Assembly: GCA_963846575.1 (NCBI GenBank) | Contig: CAWJWJ010000002.1 | Span: forward strand, 1,536,001 to 1,600,000 | Direction: 5' to 3' | Length of the DNA stretch: 64,000 bases | Source of the DNA: an uncultured Nitrospiraceae bacterium | Lineage (GTDB): Bacteria; Nitrospirota; Nitrospiria; Nitrospirales; Nitrospiraceae | Shown here: positions 9,481 to 18,758 of the stretch, piece by piece | Layout: each line of letters starts with the position of its first letter | Numbering within the stretch: the first letter of the stretch is position 1 | The notes under the pieces: generated by a model | Database searches by the model: none | What the model saw: the letters and a program-made list of their open reading frames with translations, nothing else | What the model was told of the DNA's origin: nothing | Program-made: the position numbers and the translations under genes

Positions 9481-11667
9481 ATGGCCAAAGATCGTCCCAA
9501 ACGCGACAACAAAAATAAGAAGGTACAGGCTCTGGACAGTGTGCGTGAGGAGTCCGGAGAACAATATCTCACTACCAATCAGGGCCTGCGGGTCAATGAT
9601 GACCAGAACAGTTTGAAGGCCGGTTCGCGAGGCCCGTCGCTCCTTGAGGATTTTCTCCTCCGGGAGAAAATCACGCATTTCGACCATGAGCGCATTCCGG
9701 AGCGGGTCGTCCATGCCCGGGGGTCCGCCGCCCATGGATACTTTCAGGTCTACAAATCCATGGCTTCGATGACCAAGGCGAAGTTTCTTCAGGATCCGAC
9801 GCTCAAGACTCCGGTGTTCGTACGTTTCTCCACTGTCGCAGGGTCGAGAGGGTCCACGGATCTTGCACGGGACGTCCGTGGATTCGCCGTCAAGTTTTAT
9901 ACAGAGGAAGGCAACTATGACTTGGTGGGCAACAACATGCCTGTCTTCTTCATCCAGGACGCCGTGAAGTTTCCCGACCTGGTTCACGCGGTGAAGCCGG
10001 AACCTCACCACGAAATGCCGCAGGCCGCGTCCGCCCATGACACGTTCTGGGACTTCATTTCACTCATGCCGGAATCCATGCATATGATCATGTGGTTGAT
10101 GTCGGATCGAGCGATCCCCAGAAGCTTCCGCATGATGGAAGGTTTCGGCGTCCACACCTTTCGTTTCGTGAATGATCAGGGTGTCGGTCGGTTTGTGAAG
10201 TTCCACTGGAAGCCCCTCCTGGGTGTCCACTCTGTACTGTGGGATGAAGCTCAAAAGATCTCCGGGTTAGATCCGGATTTTCTCCGGCGAGACCTATGGG
10301 ACGCCATCGACGCCGGTCACTATCCGGAGTGGGAATTGGGAGTGCAGGTAGTGGAGGAGAAGGATGAACATAAATTCGAGTTCGACCTCCTCGATCCGAC
10401 CAAGCTCATTCCTGAAGAACTGGTGCCTGTGACACGAATCGGCAAAATGACGCTGGATAGAAATCCTGATAATTTTTTTGCCGAGACCGAGCAGGTCGCA
10501 TTTCATCCCGGGCATCTCGTCCCGGGTATCGACTTCACCAATGACCCCCTCTTACAGGGACGCCTCTTCTCCTATACAGACACACAGCTTATCCGGTTGG
10601 GTGGTCCCAACTTTCATGAAATTCCCATTAATCGTCCGATTGCTCCGTTACACAATAACCAACGCGACGGACATATGCGCCAGACCATCAATGTTGGACA
10701 GGCGAGTTACCACCCCAACTCCTTGGGTGGCGGGTGCCCCATGCAGGCCAAGGGAGATATGGGCGGATTCCTCAGTTATGCAGAGAAACTGACAGGGTCC
10801 AAGGTCCGGGAGCGCAGCAAAAGTTTCTTCGATCACTTCAGCCAAGCGGGCCTCTTCTTCCGAAGCCAATCGGGTCCGGAGCAGGACCATCTGGTGCAAG
10901 CCTTGCAGTTCGAACTTGGGAAGGTCGAACGTCTTCCGATTCGAGAACGAATGGTCGGCCTCCTGGCGCATGTCGACAAAGGGCTGGCTTCGCGTGTGGC
11001 CGAGGGCTTGGGCCTGCCGGTCATGAAAATAGATGGCCCGTTGAATATGAGTGTCCCGGCGGACGGGGATCCGAAGGATTTTCAACCGAAGCGAGCGACT
11101 GCGACGCTGGAAAAATCGGCAGCTCTTAGCATGGTTCTGGCTCCAAAAAAGGGGATTCAGACCAGGAAAGTCGCCATTCTCGCGGCCGATGGGGTGGACG
11201 GCGAGGCGGTTCTGGGGATGAAGACAGCATTGACGGCGGCGGGAGCCATGGCCAAAATTGTTGCACCTCGCTCTGGAGTGCTGAAAGCCATGGATGGAAG
11301 CGAGATGAAAATCGATTTCAGCCTCTTGACCATCGGTTCTGTACTGTTTGATGCGCTCTATGTCCCGGGCGGTGAGGAGAGCATCCGCACGTTGCTGCGC
11401 ACGCCCAAGGCCGTGATGTTCACGCAGGAAATCTATCTCCATTGTAAAGCCATAGCGGCCACAGGGGCCGGTGGAGATGTGTTACAGGCTGCCCTGACAA
11501 CACTTGGCCCATCCAGCCGGAAGGGTACGAGCGGCGAGGTCCCTTCCGACGACGCCGTCGTGATGTCCCGTGAAGGCTCCGGAAAACAGATTGCAGCGCG
11601 TTTCATCAAGGCGATGGAATCGCACCGTCAGTGGGATCGGGAAGTCGCGCTGGCGAGCCCTCAGTAA
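9481..11667 (+). CDS. katE: Large-subunit monofunctional heme catalase (HPII type)
   Basis: FDHERIPERVVHARG active site, RLFSYTDTQ heme-Tyr motif, C-terminal DJ-1/GATase-like domain. Confidence 0.97.
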   Translation: MAKDRPKRDNKNKKVQALDSVREESGEQYLTTNQGLRVNDDQNSLKAGSRGPSLLEDFLLREKITHFDHERIPERVVHARGSAAHGYFQVYKSMASMTKAKFLQDPTLKTPVFVRFSTVAGSRGSTDLARDVRGFAVKFYTEEGNYDLVGNNMPVFFIQDAVKFPDLVHAVKPEPHHEMPQAASAHDTFWDFISLMPESMHMIMWLMSDRAIPRSFRMMEGFGVHTFRFVNDQGVGRFVKFHWKPLLGVHSVLWDEAQKISGLDPDFLRRDLWDAIDAGHYPEWELGVQVVEEKDEHKFEFDLLDPTKLIPEELVPVTRIGKMTLDRNPDNFFAETEQVAFHPGHLVPGIDFTNDPLLQGRLFSYTDTQLIRLGGPNFHEIPINRPIAPLHNNQRDGHMRQTINVGQASYHPNSLGGGCPMQAKGDMGGFLSYAEKLTGSKVRERSKSFFDHFSQAGLFFRSQSGPEQDHLVQALQFELGKVERLPIRERMVGLLAHVDKGLASRVAEGLGLPVMKIDGPLNMSVPADGDPKDFQPKRATATLEKSAALSMVLAPKKGIQTRKVAILAADGVDGEAVLGMKTALTAAGAMAKIVAPRSGVLKAMDGSEMKIDFSLLTIGSVLFDALYVPGGEESIRTLLRTPKAVMFTQEIYLHCKAIAATGAGGDVLQAALTTLGPSSRKGTSGEVPSDDAVVMSREGSGKQIAARFIKAMESHRQWDREVALASPQ

Positions 11668-11758
11668 CACCCTGTCAGGGGAGATCAACTCTAGGAGGAA
11701 GAGCGCTGGTTCGCTTCGCCCTCGGGTTGTCGGACTGGTAGACGAATCCGGCGCTGAA

Positions 11759-11791
11759 ACCGCCGTCTGCATCGAAGATGCAGGCGGCGGT
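11759..11791. terminator. Hairpin between convergent genes (likely intrinsic terminator)
   Basis: ACCGCCGTCTGCATC-GAA-GATGCAGGCGGCGGT, 15-bp stem. Confidence 0.6.
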
Positions 11792-11813
11792 GCGGTCTGG
11801 AGATTTATTCGAT

Positions 11814-12266
11814 TTACTGCACCATGATGGTCCCGTTTGATTTCGTCAGGCTCCCTCTGTCTTCGGAGGAGGGCCGCACTGAGTACGTCACGGTGCCGAT
11901 CCGGGTAAAACAGAGGCCGGCTGTTTCATTGCTTGCCAGGGTGGTCGAGTTGTCTACGCCCATGCCCATGGCCTTCGAGAAGCCGTTGCGACAGGACACT
12001 CGATTGTCCAGCGGACCTTCAATTGCCACGATGACGGATTCCTGTCGCTGATTGATCCAGCGTACTTCGTCACCGGCATGTGCGGTCAGAGTCGTCGGCG
12101 TCACGGTATCGCTGATGACGATGTTCTTGACCATCCCCGTTTTCATCCCGACGTCCGTAGCAGACTGAGTTTTCGACGCGGTGGGCGAGCTTGAGCAAGC
12201 GGCGACCATTAAAAACGTTAGGGCCAGCATGGAATTCAAAAAAACCGAAGGGGCAGTCGTCTTCAT
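11814..12266 (-). CDS. Cupredoxin-fold-like lipoprotein lacking canonical Cu ligands
   Basis: Lipobox VAAC; P..L....GDEVRW.N, F...GT..Y; paralog of 18184-18618. Confidence 0.7.
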   Translation of the reverse strand: MKTTAPSVFLNSMLALTFLMVAACSSSPTASKTQSATDVGMKTGMVKNIVISDTVTPTTLTAHAGDEVRWINQRQESVIVAIEGPLDNRVSCRNGFSKAMGMGVDNSTTLASNETAGLCFTRIGTVTYSVRPSSEDRGSLTKSNGTIMVQ

Positions 12267-12520
12267 ACAGTCCTCCCTGTTGAAAGTAGTTAGAGTAGGT
12301 CCACGGTCATGGCTCGTTCGGCCTGGGGTTGAGGGGCGGGAACCCTTTGACGTGCTGCTTCAGTGATGTTTTCCCTCGACTCCATCACAGTACTGAGCGC
12401 GCCGTATCGGCCACACTCGGCATAACCCTAGTCCCCCGGTCGATGCAGGCTGGTTTTTGGTGTGAGTCCGATGCCCCATGGTACGCGGTACAATATTCGT
12501 GGCGATGCGGTAGGGTAAGT

Positions 12521-13396
12521 ATGATGGAGAGGCACAACCTGAGCACACCTCGACGATTACTGGTCATGACCATGCTGGCGGTCATGATGGTGCTCGCCGG
12601 CTGCGCGATGATTTCGATGAGTTTTGGGTATCGACATGCCGACTGGCTGATTCGCCGGCAGTTGGATCATTATCTGGACTTCAGTTCTGCTCAGCGCCGC
12701 GATGTGACGGCTAAGTTGCAGACGCTGCTCCTGCGGCACCGGACGGAGGCTCTTCCTGCATACGAGGAATTTCTCAGCGACATTCAGCGGCGACTCGCCC
12801 GGGGCCTGGAGCCTGAGGATTTGACCTGGATCTACGCATCGTATGATCGTTTTCGAGCGGACCTGTTCGAACGGGTTGCGCCCGATAGCGCAACTCTCAT
12901 GACGACCCTTACGGATGCACAAATTCAGAACTTCGAAGCAGTCTTACTCAAAGAGGCGAACAAAGCTGAGCGGGGATTGCGGGAGCCGGCGGGAACCCGT
13001 CTGGAGGAGCGGGCTAAATCAATGCTCTCCATGGCACAGGATTGGCTTGGTCCTCTGAGCGCAGAACAGAGAGCCGGAATCCGTCGATGGAGCGTCGACC
13101 TGCCGGATACGCAGCCCGCATGGTACCAGTACCGACAGTACCGGCAACGGGAGCTGGTGACTCTCATGCGGAATCATCCTCCTGCGGGGCAAGCGGCACA
13201 GGCATTACGCGCTATGTTCGTTTCTCCAGAGCGCAGCGCGCCTCGAACCTATATGGAGACCGTAAAGGAGTTCAGGGCCGAGCTCACCAGTATGCTGCTG
13301 AAGATCGATCGCACGCTCACCCCGCTCCAGCGTCGTCAAGCTATTGCGACTCTTCAGCAGCTCATCGATGACATACACGACTTACGCGCCGGATGA
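12521..13396 (+). CDS. DUF6279-like helical lipoprotein
   Basis: Lipobox LAGC; Y..ADWLI...LD.YLD....Q, HR...LP.Y, W.G.LS.EQ, LT..QR. Confidence 0.7.
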   Translation: MMERHNLSTPRRLLVMTMLAVMMVLAGCAMISMSFGYRHADWLIRRQLDHYLDFSSAQRRDVTAKLQTLLLRHRTEALPAYEEFLSDIQRRLARGLEPEDLTWIYASYDRFRADLFERVAPDSATLMTTLTDAQIQNFEAVLLKEANKAERGLREPAGTRLEERAKSMLSMAQDWLGPLSAEQRAGIRRWSVDLPDTQPAWYQYRQYRQRELVTLMRNHPPAGQAAQALRAMFVSPERSAPRTYMETVKEFRAELTSMLLKIDRTLTPLQRRQAIATLQQLIDDIHDLRAG

Positions 13397-13448
13397 CGGC
13401 TAGGCCCCCCCTAGTCAGACCGGCCAATTCGTGGATCTTTCTGCAGCG

Positions 13449-13529
13449 CTAAAAGCTGACCACTCCAAACAACCACAACAGCAGAATGAGACTGAACGGG
13501 ACGCCGAGCAACCAAAGAAGAATAGGCAT
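13449..13529 (-). CDS. 26-aa hydrophobic membrane peptide (MPILLWLLGVPFSLILLLWLFGVVSF)
   Basis: GGAAGG RBS upstream; LLWLLGVP small-peptide pattern. Confidence 0.6.
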   Translation of the reverse strand: MPILLWLLGVPFSLILLLWLFGVVSF

Positions 13530-13758
13530 GGTACACCTTCCCTTTCCTGAACGCACAGTGATTAAGATCGGGGCGGAACCTTCGGGTGATCCGAGGGCTC
13601 CCACCCCGATAGAGCGGACATCTTCTTGTGGACGAGAGAAAATGTGCGCTGCTGGCCCTATGATCGAACGAGCGGCCGGAGACAACCACTAGGAGTAGCC
13701 CTGGATAGGACCTTAATCGGGCCTTGCGAGATGACTGGATAATGCTATCACCAACCTC

Positions 13759-13788
13759 TTGACTCGCACGCCGGTGGAAGCCTATCGT
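13759..13788 (+). promoter_or_regulatory. Sigma70-type promoter for the 6S-like RNA
   Basis: TTGACT-N18-TATCGT ending about 6 nt before the RNA 5' stem. Confidence 0.5.
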
Positions 13789-13794
13789 GACCTT

Positions 13795-13946
13795 GTGGGG
13801 GGAGTGAACGCCCCGGGGGAATATCGACATGAAGGGGATCGAGTGCTGAGGACGGTGTGCATGCCCAGCTCGTACTGGGAAGCCTGAAATCCTCCCGAGA
13901 TCTCCGCCGTATCTACCTCTCCTCGGTAGGTGCGTGCTCCTCCCAC
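13795..13946 (+). ncRNA. ssrS: Probable 6S RNA
   Basis: Rod-like fold: GUGGGGGGAGU/GCUCCUCCCAC, ACGC/GCGU, CCGGGGG/UCCUCGG, central bubble (AUAUCGACAUGAA / GCCGUAUCUACC), GGGGAUC/GAUCUCC, GAGGA/UCCUC, terminal CCCAG/CUGGG. Confidence 0.7.
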
Positions 13947-14131
13947 CTAATCCTGTTCGTAGAGGCCCGCCTGTCGCTTGCCGCTCCCCGCCACAAGACG
14001 TGTCACTGCCCACGAATCCTGTCAAGGCTTGACTCTCGGACCCGTTCCCTGTAAACGACCAGGAGACTACGTATCCTTCGTTCCAGCTAGCTCGAATCTC
14101 GCTTGTCCGGCTCCCTTGCTTGAGAGGTTGA

Positions 14132-16240
14132 ATGGCCACCAAGACATCATCGTCATCTACTCGCACCTCGAAGCCTGCACTCCATACTGATAGCGTCGAC
14201 TCCGAACCGGCTGCCCCACGAAAAAAAGCTACATCACCGGAGAAGGCTCCGCCGGCAGTGACGGCGGTGGAGATGGGTACCCGCCAGCGTGAAATTTCCG
14301 TTTCGGAGTTTTTCACGAAGAACCGGCATCTTTTAGGGTTTGACAATCCCCGCAAGGCTCTCCTGACCTGCGTGAAGGAAGCGGTTGACAACTCCCTGGA
14401 TGCCTGTGAAGAAGCGGGCATCCTTCCTGACGTCACCGTGAAGCTCGAAACCGTGGTGGAGGGGACCGCTGCCGTCACACCAGGTCAAGCCACGCGCTTC
14501 CGTGTGACGGTGACCGACAACGGCCCCGGCATCGTACGCGCCCAGATTCCGCGGATCTTCGCAAAGCTGCTGTATGGGTCGAAATTTCACCGCATGCGCA
14601 TGAGCCGGGGCCAACAGGGCATCGGGATTTCCGCCGCCGGGATGTACGGCCAGCTCACCACGGGCAAGCCGGTGAAGGTCATTTCGCGCACCGGCCCGCG
14701 CGCTACCGCGCATTATTTCGAGGTACAAATCGACACGAAGAAAAACGAGCCGCTGGTCCATGAAAATAAACAGATCGACTGGACCCAGTCCCAGGGCACC
14801 GAGGTATCGATCGAGGTCGAAGGCCGGTACCAGAAGGGACGGGCCTCCGTTGATGAGTGGTTGGAACAGACGTCGATTGCCAACCCGCACGTGCGGCTGG
14901 TGTATCACACGCCGGAAGGGGAAACGAAGGAGTATCCCCGGACCTACCACGAGCTTCCCCCGTCGCCGAAAGAGATCAAGCCGCATCCCTACGGGATTGA
15001 ATTCGGTGTGTTGCTCAAGATGTTGCAGGATACGAAGAGCCAGACGGTGGCGGGTTTTCTGGCGGGCGACTTTTGTCGTGTGTCACCGGCATTGGCCGAG
15101 GAGATCTGCAGGGCGGCCAAGTTGCCCCTCGGAACCAAACCACGGGCCGTGAAACCGCATCTCGCGGAGGTGCTGTACAAAACGATCCAAACGACCAGAA
15201 TCATGGCCCCTCCGACGAACTGTATTTCGCCGATCGGTGAGAAGGCCATCCTTTCCGGCCTCTATAAACAGATCAAGGGTGAATTTTATACGGCCGTGAG
15301 TCGTCCGCCCGCGGTCTATCGGGGCAATCCCTTCATCATCGAAGCCGGGTTGGCATTCGGCAGGGGACCGGAAGATTCTGCCAAGCCGCAGCAGGCTAGC
15401 ATGCCGCTGGCCGAAGGCGAGGATCAGGGGCAGGATACCGAACTCGCGCGCGTGATTCGTTATGCCAATCGAGTGCCGCTGCTGTTTCAGCAATCGGCTT
15501 GTGCGACCTTCAAGGCGGTGCTCAATACGAAATGGCGCAACTATGGCATGACGCAGTCCCGTGGCGCACTTCCCGCCGGGCCGATGGTGATCTTCGTCCA
15601 TATGGCCTCCGTGTGGGTGCCCTTCACCAGCGAGTCGAAAGAGGCCATCGCGGACTATGACGAAATTCAGAAAGAAATCACGCTGGCGTTACGCGAGGCC
15701 GGGCGGCGCCTCGGTATTTTTCTTCGGCGCAAGGAACGGGCTGCCAGTGAATTTCGACGCCGCAACATTTTTGAGCTCTATATCGAAGAGGTCGTCGAGG
15801 CCTGCAATCGTCTCAAAGGCGGCCATCTCCCCACCGAACAGTTAAAGGCGCAGCTGCACAAGGTCGCCAGCTCACGCACCGGCGGCCTTAAAACGGATGA
15901 AGCCTTGGGCAAGACCGGCGCGGGACCGGAAGGACTGCCGCATTCGATCATTGTGACTCTGGAGGGAGTAGAGGGGGAGCCGGAGTCCGCTCAGGAGATT
16001 GCAGCGCCGACCGTGATTCCACGCGATCCGCCTTCCGTCGAGCGCTCCGAGCCGAGGGTGCCGGCTAAGTCCCCGCGAACTCCTGGGGCGGGTGGCCGGC
16101 GTGAAAGGAGCAGGGTTCCCGGAACCCCGAAAGGCAAGGGCGGACAGCAGGATCTGTTTGTCCGAGGCGGCCCGTCGGTTAAGAAAACCGTGCCAGGGAC
16201 CAAACCGGCGAAAGCGCCCGGGGCTCGGAAAAGGAAATAG
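14132..16240 (+). CDS. top6B: DNA topoisomerase VI subunit B
   Basis: EISVSEFF.KN.HLLGF, KEAVDNSLDACE, DNGPGI, SRGQQGIG, RYANRVPLL, VPFTSESKEAIA. Confidence 0.97.
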   Translation: MATKTSSSSTRTSKPALHTDSVDSEPAAPRKKATSPEKAPPAVTAVEMGTRQREISVSEFFTKNRHLLGFDNPRKALLTCVKEAVDNSLDACEEAGILPDVTVKLETVVEGTAAVTPGQATRFRVTVTDNGPGIVRAQIPRIFAKLLYGSKFHRMRMSRGQQGIGISAAGMYGQLTTGKPVKVISRTGPRATAHYFEVQIDTKKNEPLVHENKQIDWTQSQGTEVSIEVEGRYQKGRASVDEWLEQTSIANPHVRLVYHTPEGETKEYPRTYHELPPSPKEIKPHPYGIEFGVLLKMLQDTKSQTVAGFLAGDFCRVSPALAEEICRAAKLPLGTKPRAVKPHLAEVLYKTIQTTRIMAPPTNCISPIGEKAILSGLYKQIKGEFYTAVSRPPAVYRGNPFIIEAGLAFGRGPEDSAKPQQASMPLAEGEDQGQDTELARVIRYANRVPLLFQQSACATFKAVLNTKWRNYGMTQSRGALPAGPMVIFVHMASVWVPFTSESKEAIADYDEIQKEITLALREAGRRLGIFLRRKERAASEFRRRNIFELYIEEVVEACNRLKGGHLPTEQLKAQLHKVASSRTGGLKTDEALGKTGAGPEGLPHSIIVTLEGVEGEPESAQEIAAPTVIPRDPPSVERSEPRVPAKSPRTPGAGGRRERSRVPGTPKGKGGQQDLFVRGGPSVKKTVPGTKPAKAPGARKRK

Positions 16241-16248
16241 GACAGCGT

Positions 16249-17355
16249 ATGGCACAGGCGAAACCGAAGAAGAACGGCGCGGTGGAAAAAAAACTCGTGG
16301 GAATGGCCGATGTGGTGATAGCAGCTGCGCAGCGGGCCAAGGACCCGACGTTTGCGATCCCCATCCGCGCGCTCTCGAACGTCTCGTTCAACCCCCGCAA
16401 GGGTTTGATCGAAATGGGAGAAAAGAAGCAGGCCCGTTCATTTTTTAATGTCGGGATGGCCAAAAAGTTCATGCAGACGATGCTGGTCGCCGATGCGCTC
16501 TCGGAGCTGCAACGGGCGGCCCTGACCACTTCGCTGAGAGAGATCTACTACCGTACCAAACACACCATTCAGGATTCGCATGAGAACACCTTCGATACCC
16601 AGGACGAATCCGATCCAATCATTGAGGATTTGGAGGTCTCGCTGGTGGCGTTGCGGGAAGAACTGCACGTCCGGGCGGAAAACAGCGGGAGCATCGTCGG
16701 GCCGGTGGTGTTCGGTGACGATGGGGACCGCGTGGATTGCGCCAAGCTCGGAAAGGGCGGCTACTCCGTTCCCTCGATCGTTGAGCCGGAATATCTCGAG
16801 ATCCGGCGCTGCACGGCGGACTTCCTCCTGCTGGTTGAAAAAGGTACCCAGTGGAACCGGTTATCCGAAGACAAGTTTTGGCGGCGGTACAACTGTGTAC
16901 TTCTGACGGGGAACGGACAGCCCCCGCGGGGTGTCCGGCGGCTGGCGCGACGGCTTCATGAGGAACACAAGCTGCCGGTCTACGTCCTCGTCGACAACGA
17001 TCCCTGGGGGTACTACATTTATTCGGTGGTGAAGCAAGGCTCGATCAACCTGGCGTTCGAGAGCCAGCGGATGGCGATTCCCAAGGCAAAGTTCATCGGG
17101 CTCTCCAGCGCCGACCCGGAACGGTATGAACTGCCACGCAACGTGGGGATCAAGCTGAACGAGAAAGACATTACCCGCGCCAAGGAGTTGCTGAACTATC
17201 GATGGTTTCAGAAGCCGGCCTGGCAGGAAGAAATCAAACGGATGCTCGCCAACGGGCTGAAGTTCGAACTGGATGCCCTGGCGAACAAAGACTTTCAATA
17301 CCTGACTAAAAAGTACCTGCCACGGAAGTTGAAGGAAAAGGACTGGCTGGATTAA
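16249..17355 (+). CDS. top6A: DNA topoisomerase VI subunit A (Spo11-like)
   Basis: SLREIYY catalytic Tyr motif, F..Q.ESD..IEDLE, VEK, D.DP.G..I TOPRIM, K.ELDAL. Confidence 0.97.
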   Translation: MAQAKPKKNGAVEKKLVGMADVVIAAAQRAKDPTFAIPIRALSNVSFNPRKGLIEMGEKKQARSFFNVGMAKKFMQTMLVADALSELQRAALTTSLREIYYRTKHTIQDSHENTFDTQDESDPIIEDLEVSLVALREELHVRAENSGSIVGPVVFGDDGDRVDCAKLGKGGYSVPSIVEPEYLEIRRCTADFLLLVEKGTQWNRLSEDKFWRRYNCVLLTGNGQPPRGVRRLARRLHEEHKLPVYVLVDNDPWGYYIYSVVKQGSINLAFESQRMAIPKAKFIGLSSADPERYELPRNVGIKLNEKDITRAKELLNYRWFQKPAWQEEIKRMLANGLKFELDALANKDFQYLTKKYLPRKLKEKDWLD

Positions 17356-17426
17356 CAGGGAACCCTCGACCGTCTTAATCCGTAGCGCAATACAGCAGCG
17401 CTCCCTACTAGAGAAGGAAGGTCGCC

Positions 17427-17732
17427 ATGAATATGGTCATGCTGGTGTTCCGTTCTTCGCTCAAGGAGCGGGTCCATGCACTGCTGGAACAGTGTGACGT
17501 CCGCGCCTACACCGAAGTTCCCGAGACAATAGGAGCGGGGCAAGCAGGCCCGGCGGAGGGTGTGTCCTTTTACCCGGGGGTCAACAGCGTGGTCATGGTG
17601 GCGATGGACGACGCCCATGCAGACCGGGTGGAGCAGAGTGTGAAAGAGTGGTGTGATGAGGTGACACAGAAGCCCGGTGGGCTCAAACCGGCCATCACGC
17701 TCTTCACCTGGCCCTGCCGGCGATTAATTTGA
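17427..17732 (+). CDS. P-II-like small protein (PG0541-like)
   Basis: YT......G.G..G...G....PG.NS pattern, 101 aa; GAAGG RBS. Confidence 0.65.
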   Translation: MNMVMLVFRSSLKERVHALLEQCDVRAYTEVPETIGAGQAGPAEGVSFYPGVNSVVMVAMDDAHADRVEQSVKEWCDEVTQKPGGLKPAITLFTWPCRRLI

Positions 17733-18160
17733 GTGAACGGCGGACACCCATACCGATGAATATGCCGCGCCCACGGTGGAGACGTCTGCTCCTGGCTGGG
17801 AGCTGCTTTATGTTGGCCCCGTGGGTTGGCATGGCGCAAAGCCTCTCACTTCCCTTGGGATCGCAGAATCAACCTGTACAGAATATCCAGCCCCTGGGAT
17901 CTCTCAGCATGCCCAATCTGTCGACCCAGTCCTCGACGATCTCGTCGACAGCCTCAGGCGCCAGTCCCCCGCCGGGTGCGACGATTCCCTCCAGCCAGGG
18001 CAAGGCATTCGGGACCGTCGGCGCCGGACTGCCCGGTATGACCGGTGGACCGCCATTGACCTCGGGGCTGGGAGCTCTGGATCCAGCCTCCGGTTACAGG
18101 CCCCCGTCGGTCATTGAGCCACTGTTTTGCGATCCTTCGGTGAATATTCCCTGCCAGTGA
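17729..18160 (+). CDS. Hypothetical exported Ser/Gly/Pro-rich protein
   Basis: Signal-peptide-like N-terminus, low-complexity body, terminal CDPSVNIPC. Confidence 0.55.
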   Translation: MSERRTPIPMNMPRPRWRRLLLAGSCFMLAPWVGMAQSLSLPLGSQNQPVQNIQPLGSLSMPNLSTQSSTISSTASGASPPPGATIPSSQGKAFGTVGAGLPGMTGGPPLTSGLGALDPASGYRPPSVIEPLFCDPSVNIPCQ

Positions 18161-18183
18161 CGGCTCGGGACAGGTCGGTGATG

Positions 18184-18618
18184 TCAGGAACTGCGTTTCG
18201 TTGGGGCAGACCGTTCCACGCGGATCGTGCCTGTGGGAGTCATCGCACCCTGGGGATTGTCGGCCTCAAGCCAGACGTTGAAGCGAAGGGTCGCGGCCTT
18301 CGAGAAGCAGAGACTAACATACTGAAGCGGAGCGATCGTGACGCTGTCTTGTACGACTCCGAGTTGTGAAAAGCCCTTGTCGCACACGAATAAATCGGGT
18401 CCCTGGTCTCCAAGCATCCGCAGGCGAACCGCATGTTCGTTCAGATTTTGCCAGCGGACCTCGTCGCCCACCTGCACGATCAGCTGACTTGGCGCGACCT
18501 CCGTTCTGATATTGAAATAACGTACGGTACCAGTCAGGCGGGGATCGGGTCTGGAACTGCAGCCCGTTTCGAGGCCTAGGGCAAGCAGGACAAACAGGAT
18601 CAGCAAAGGACGCAGCAT
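18184..18618 (-). CDS. Cupredoxin-fold-like lipoprotein lacking canonical Cu ligands
   Basis: Signal peptide with GC; APSQLIVQVGDEVRWQN, C.KGFS, SLCF. Confidence 0.7.
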   Translation of the reverse strand: MLRPLLILFVLLALGLETGCSSRPDPRLTGTVRYFNIRTEVAPSQLIVQVGDEVRWQNLNEHAVRLRMLGDQGPDLFVCDKGFSQLGVVQDSVTIAPLQYVSLCFSKAATLRFNVWLEADNPQGAMTPTGTIRVERSAPTKRSS

Positions 18619-18758
18619 GCGCGATCCTACAAAATGTGATCGCGCGGTGACTACTAGGATGGTTCCCAGGTATGGAACGGCTAATGGTCCCGGTCAACCG
18701 GGCGGCTGGGCCTGCGTTATGCGAGGTACCGTCTAGGCCGACGTTTACTGACACCGTC

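Noticed and set aside
9217..11442. Long antisense ORFs opposite katE (similar ones opposite pgm, addAB and clpB)
   Set aside because: Typical antisense shadows of GC-rich coding sequence
13400..13414. CTAGGCCCCCCCTAG as another palindrome copy
   Set aside because: Spacer is 5 rather than 6 bp and it lies between convergent gene ends
13411..14478. 355-aa minus-strand ORF
   Set aside because: Shadow of the top6B 5' end, the 6S-like RNA and the small peptide; no recognisable protein features
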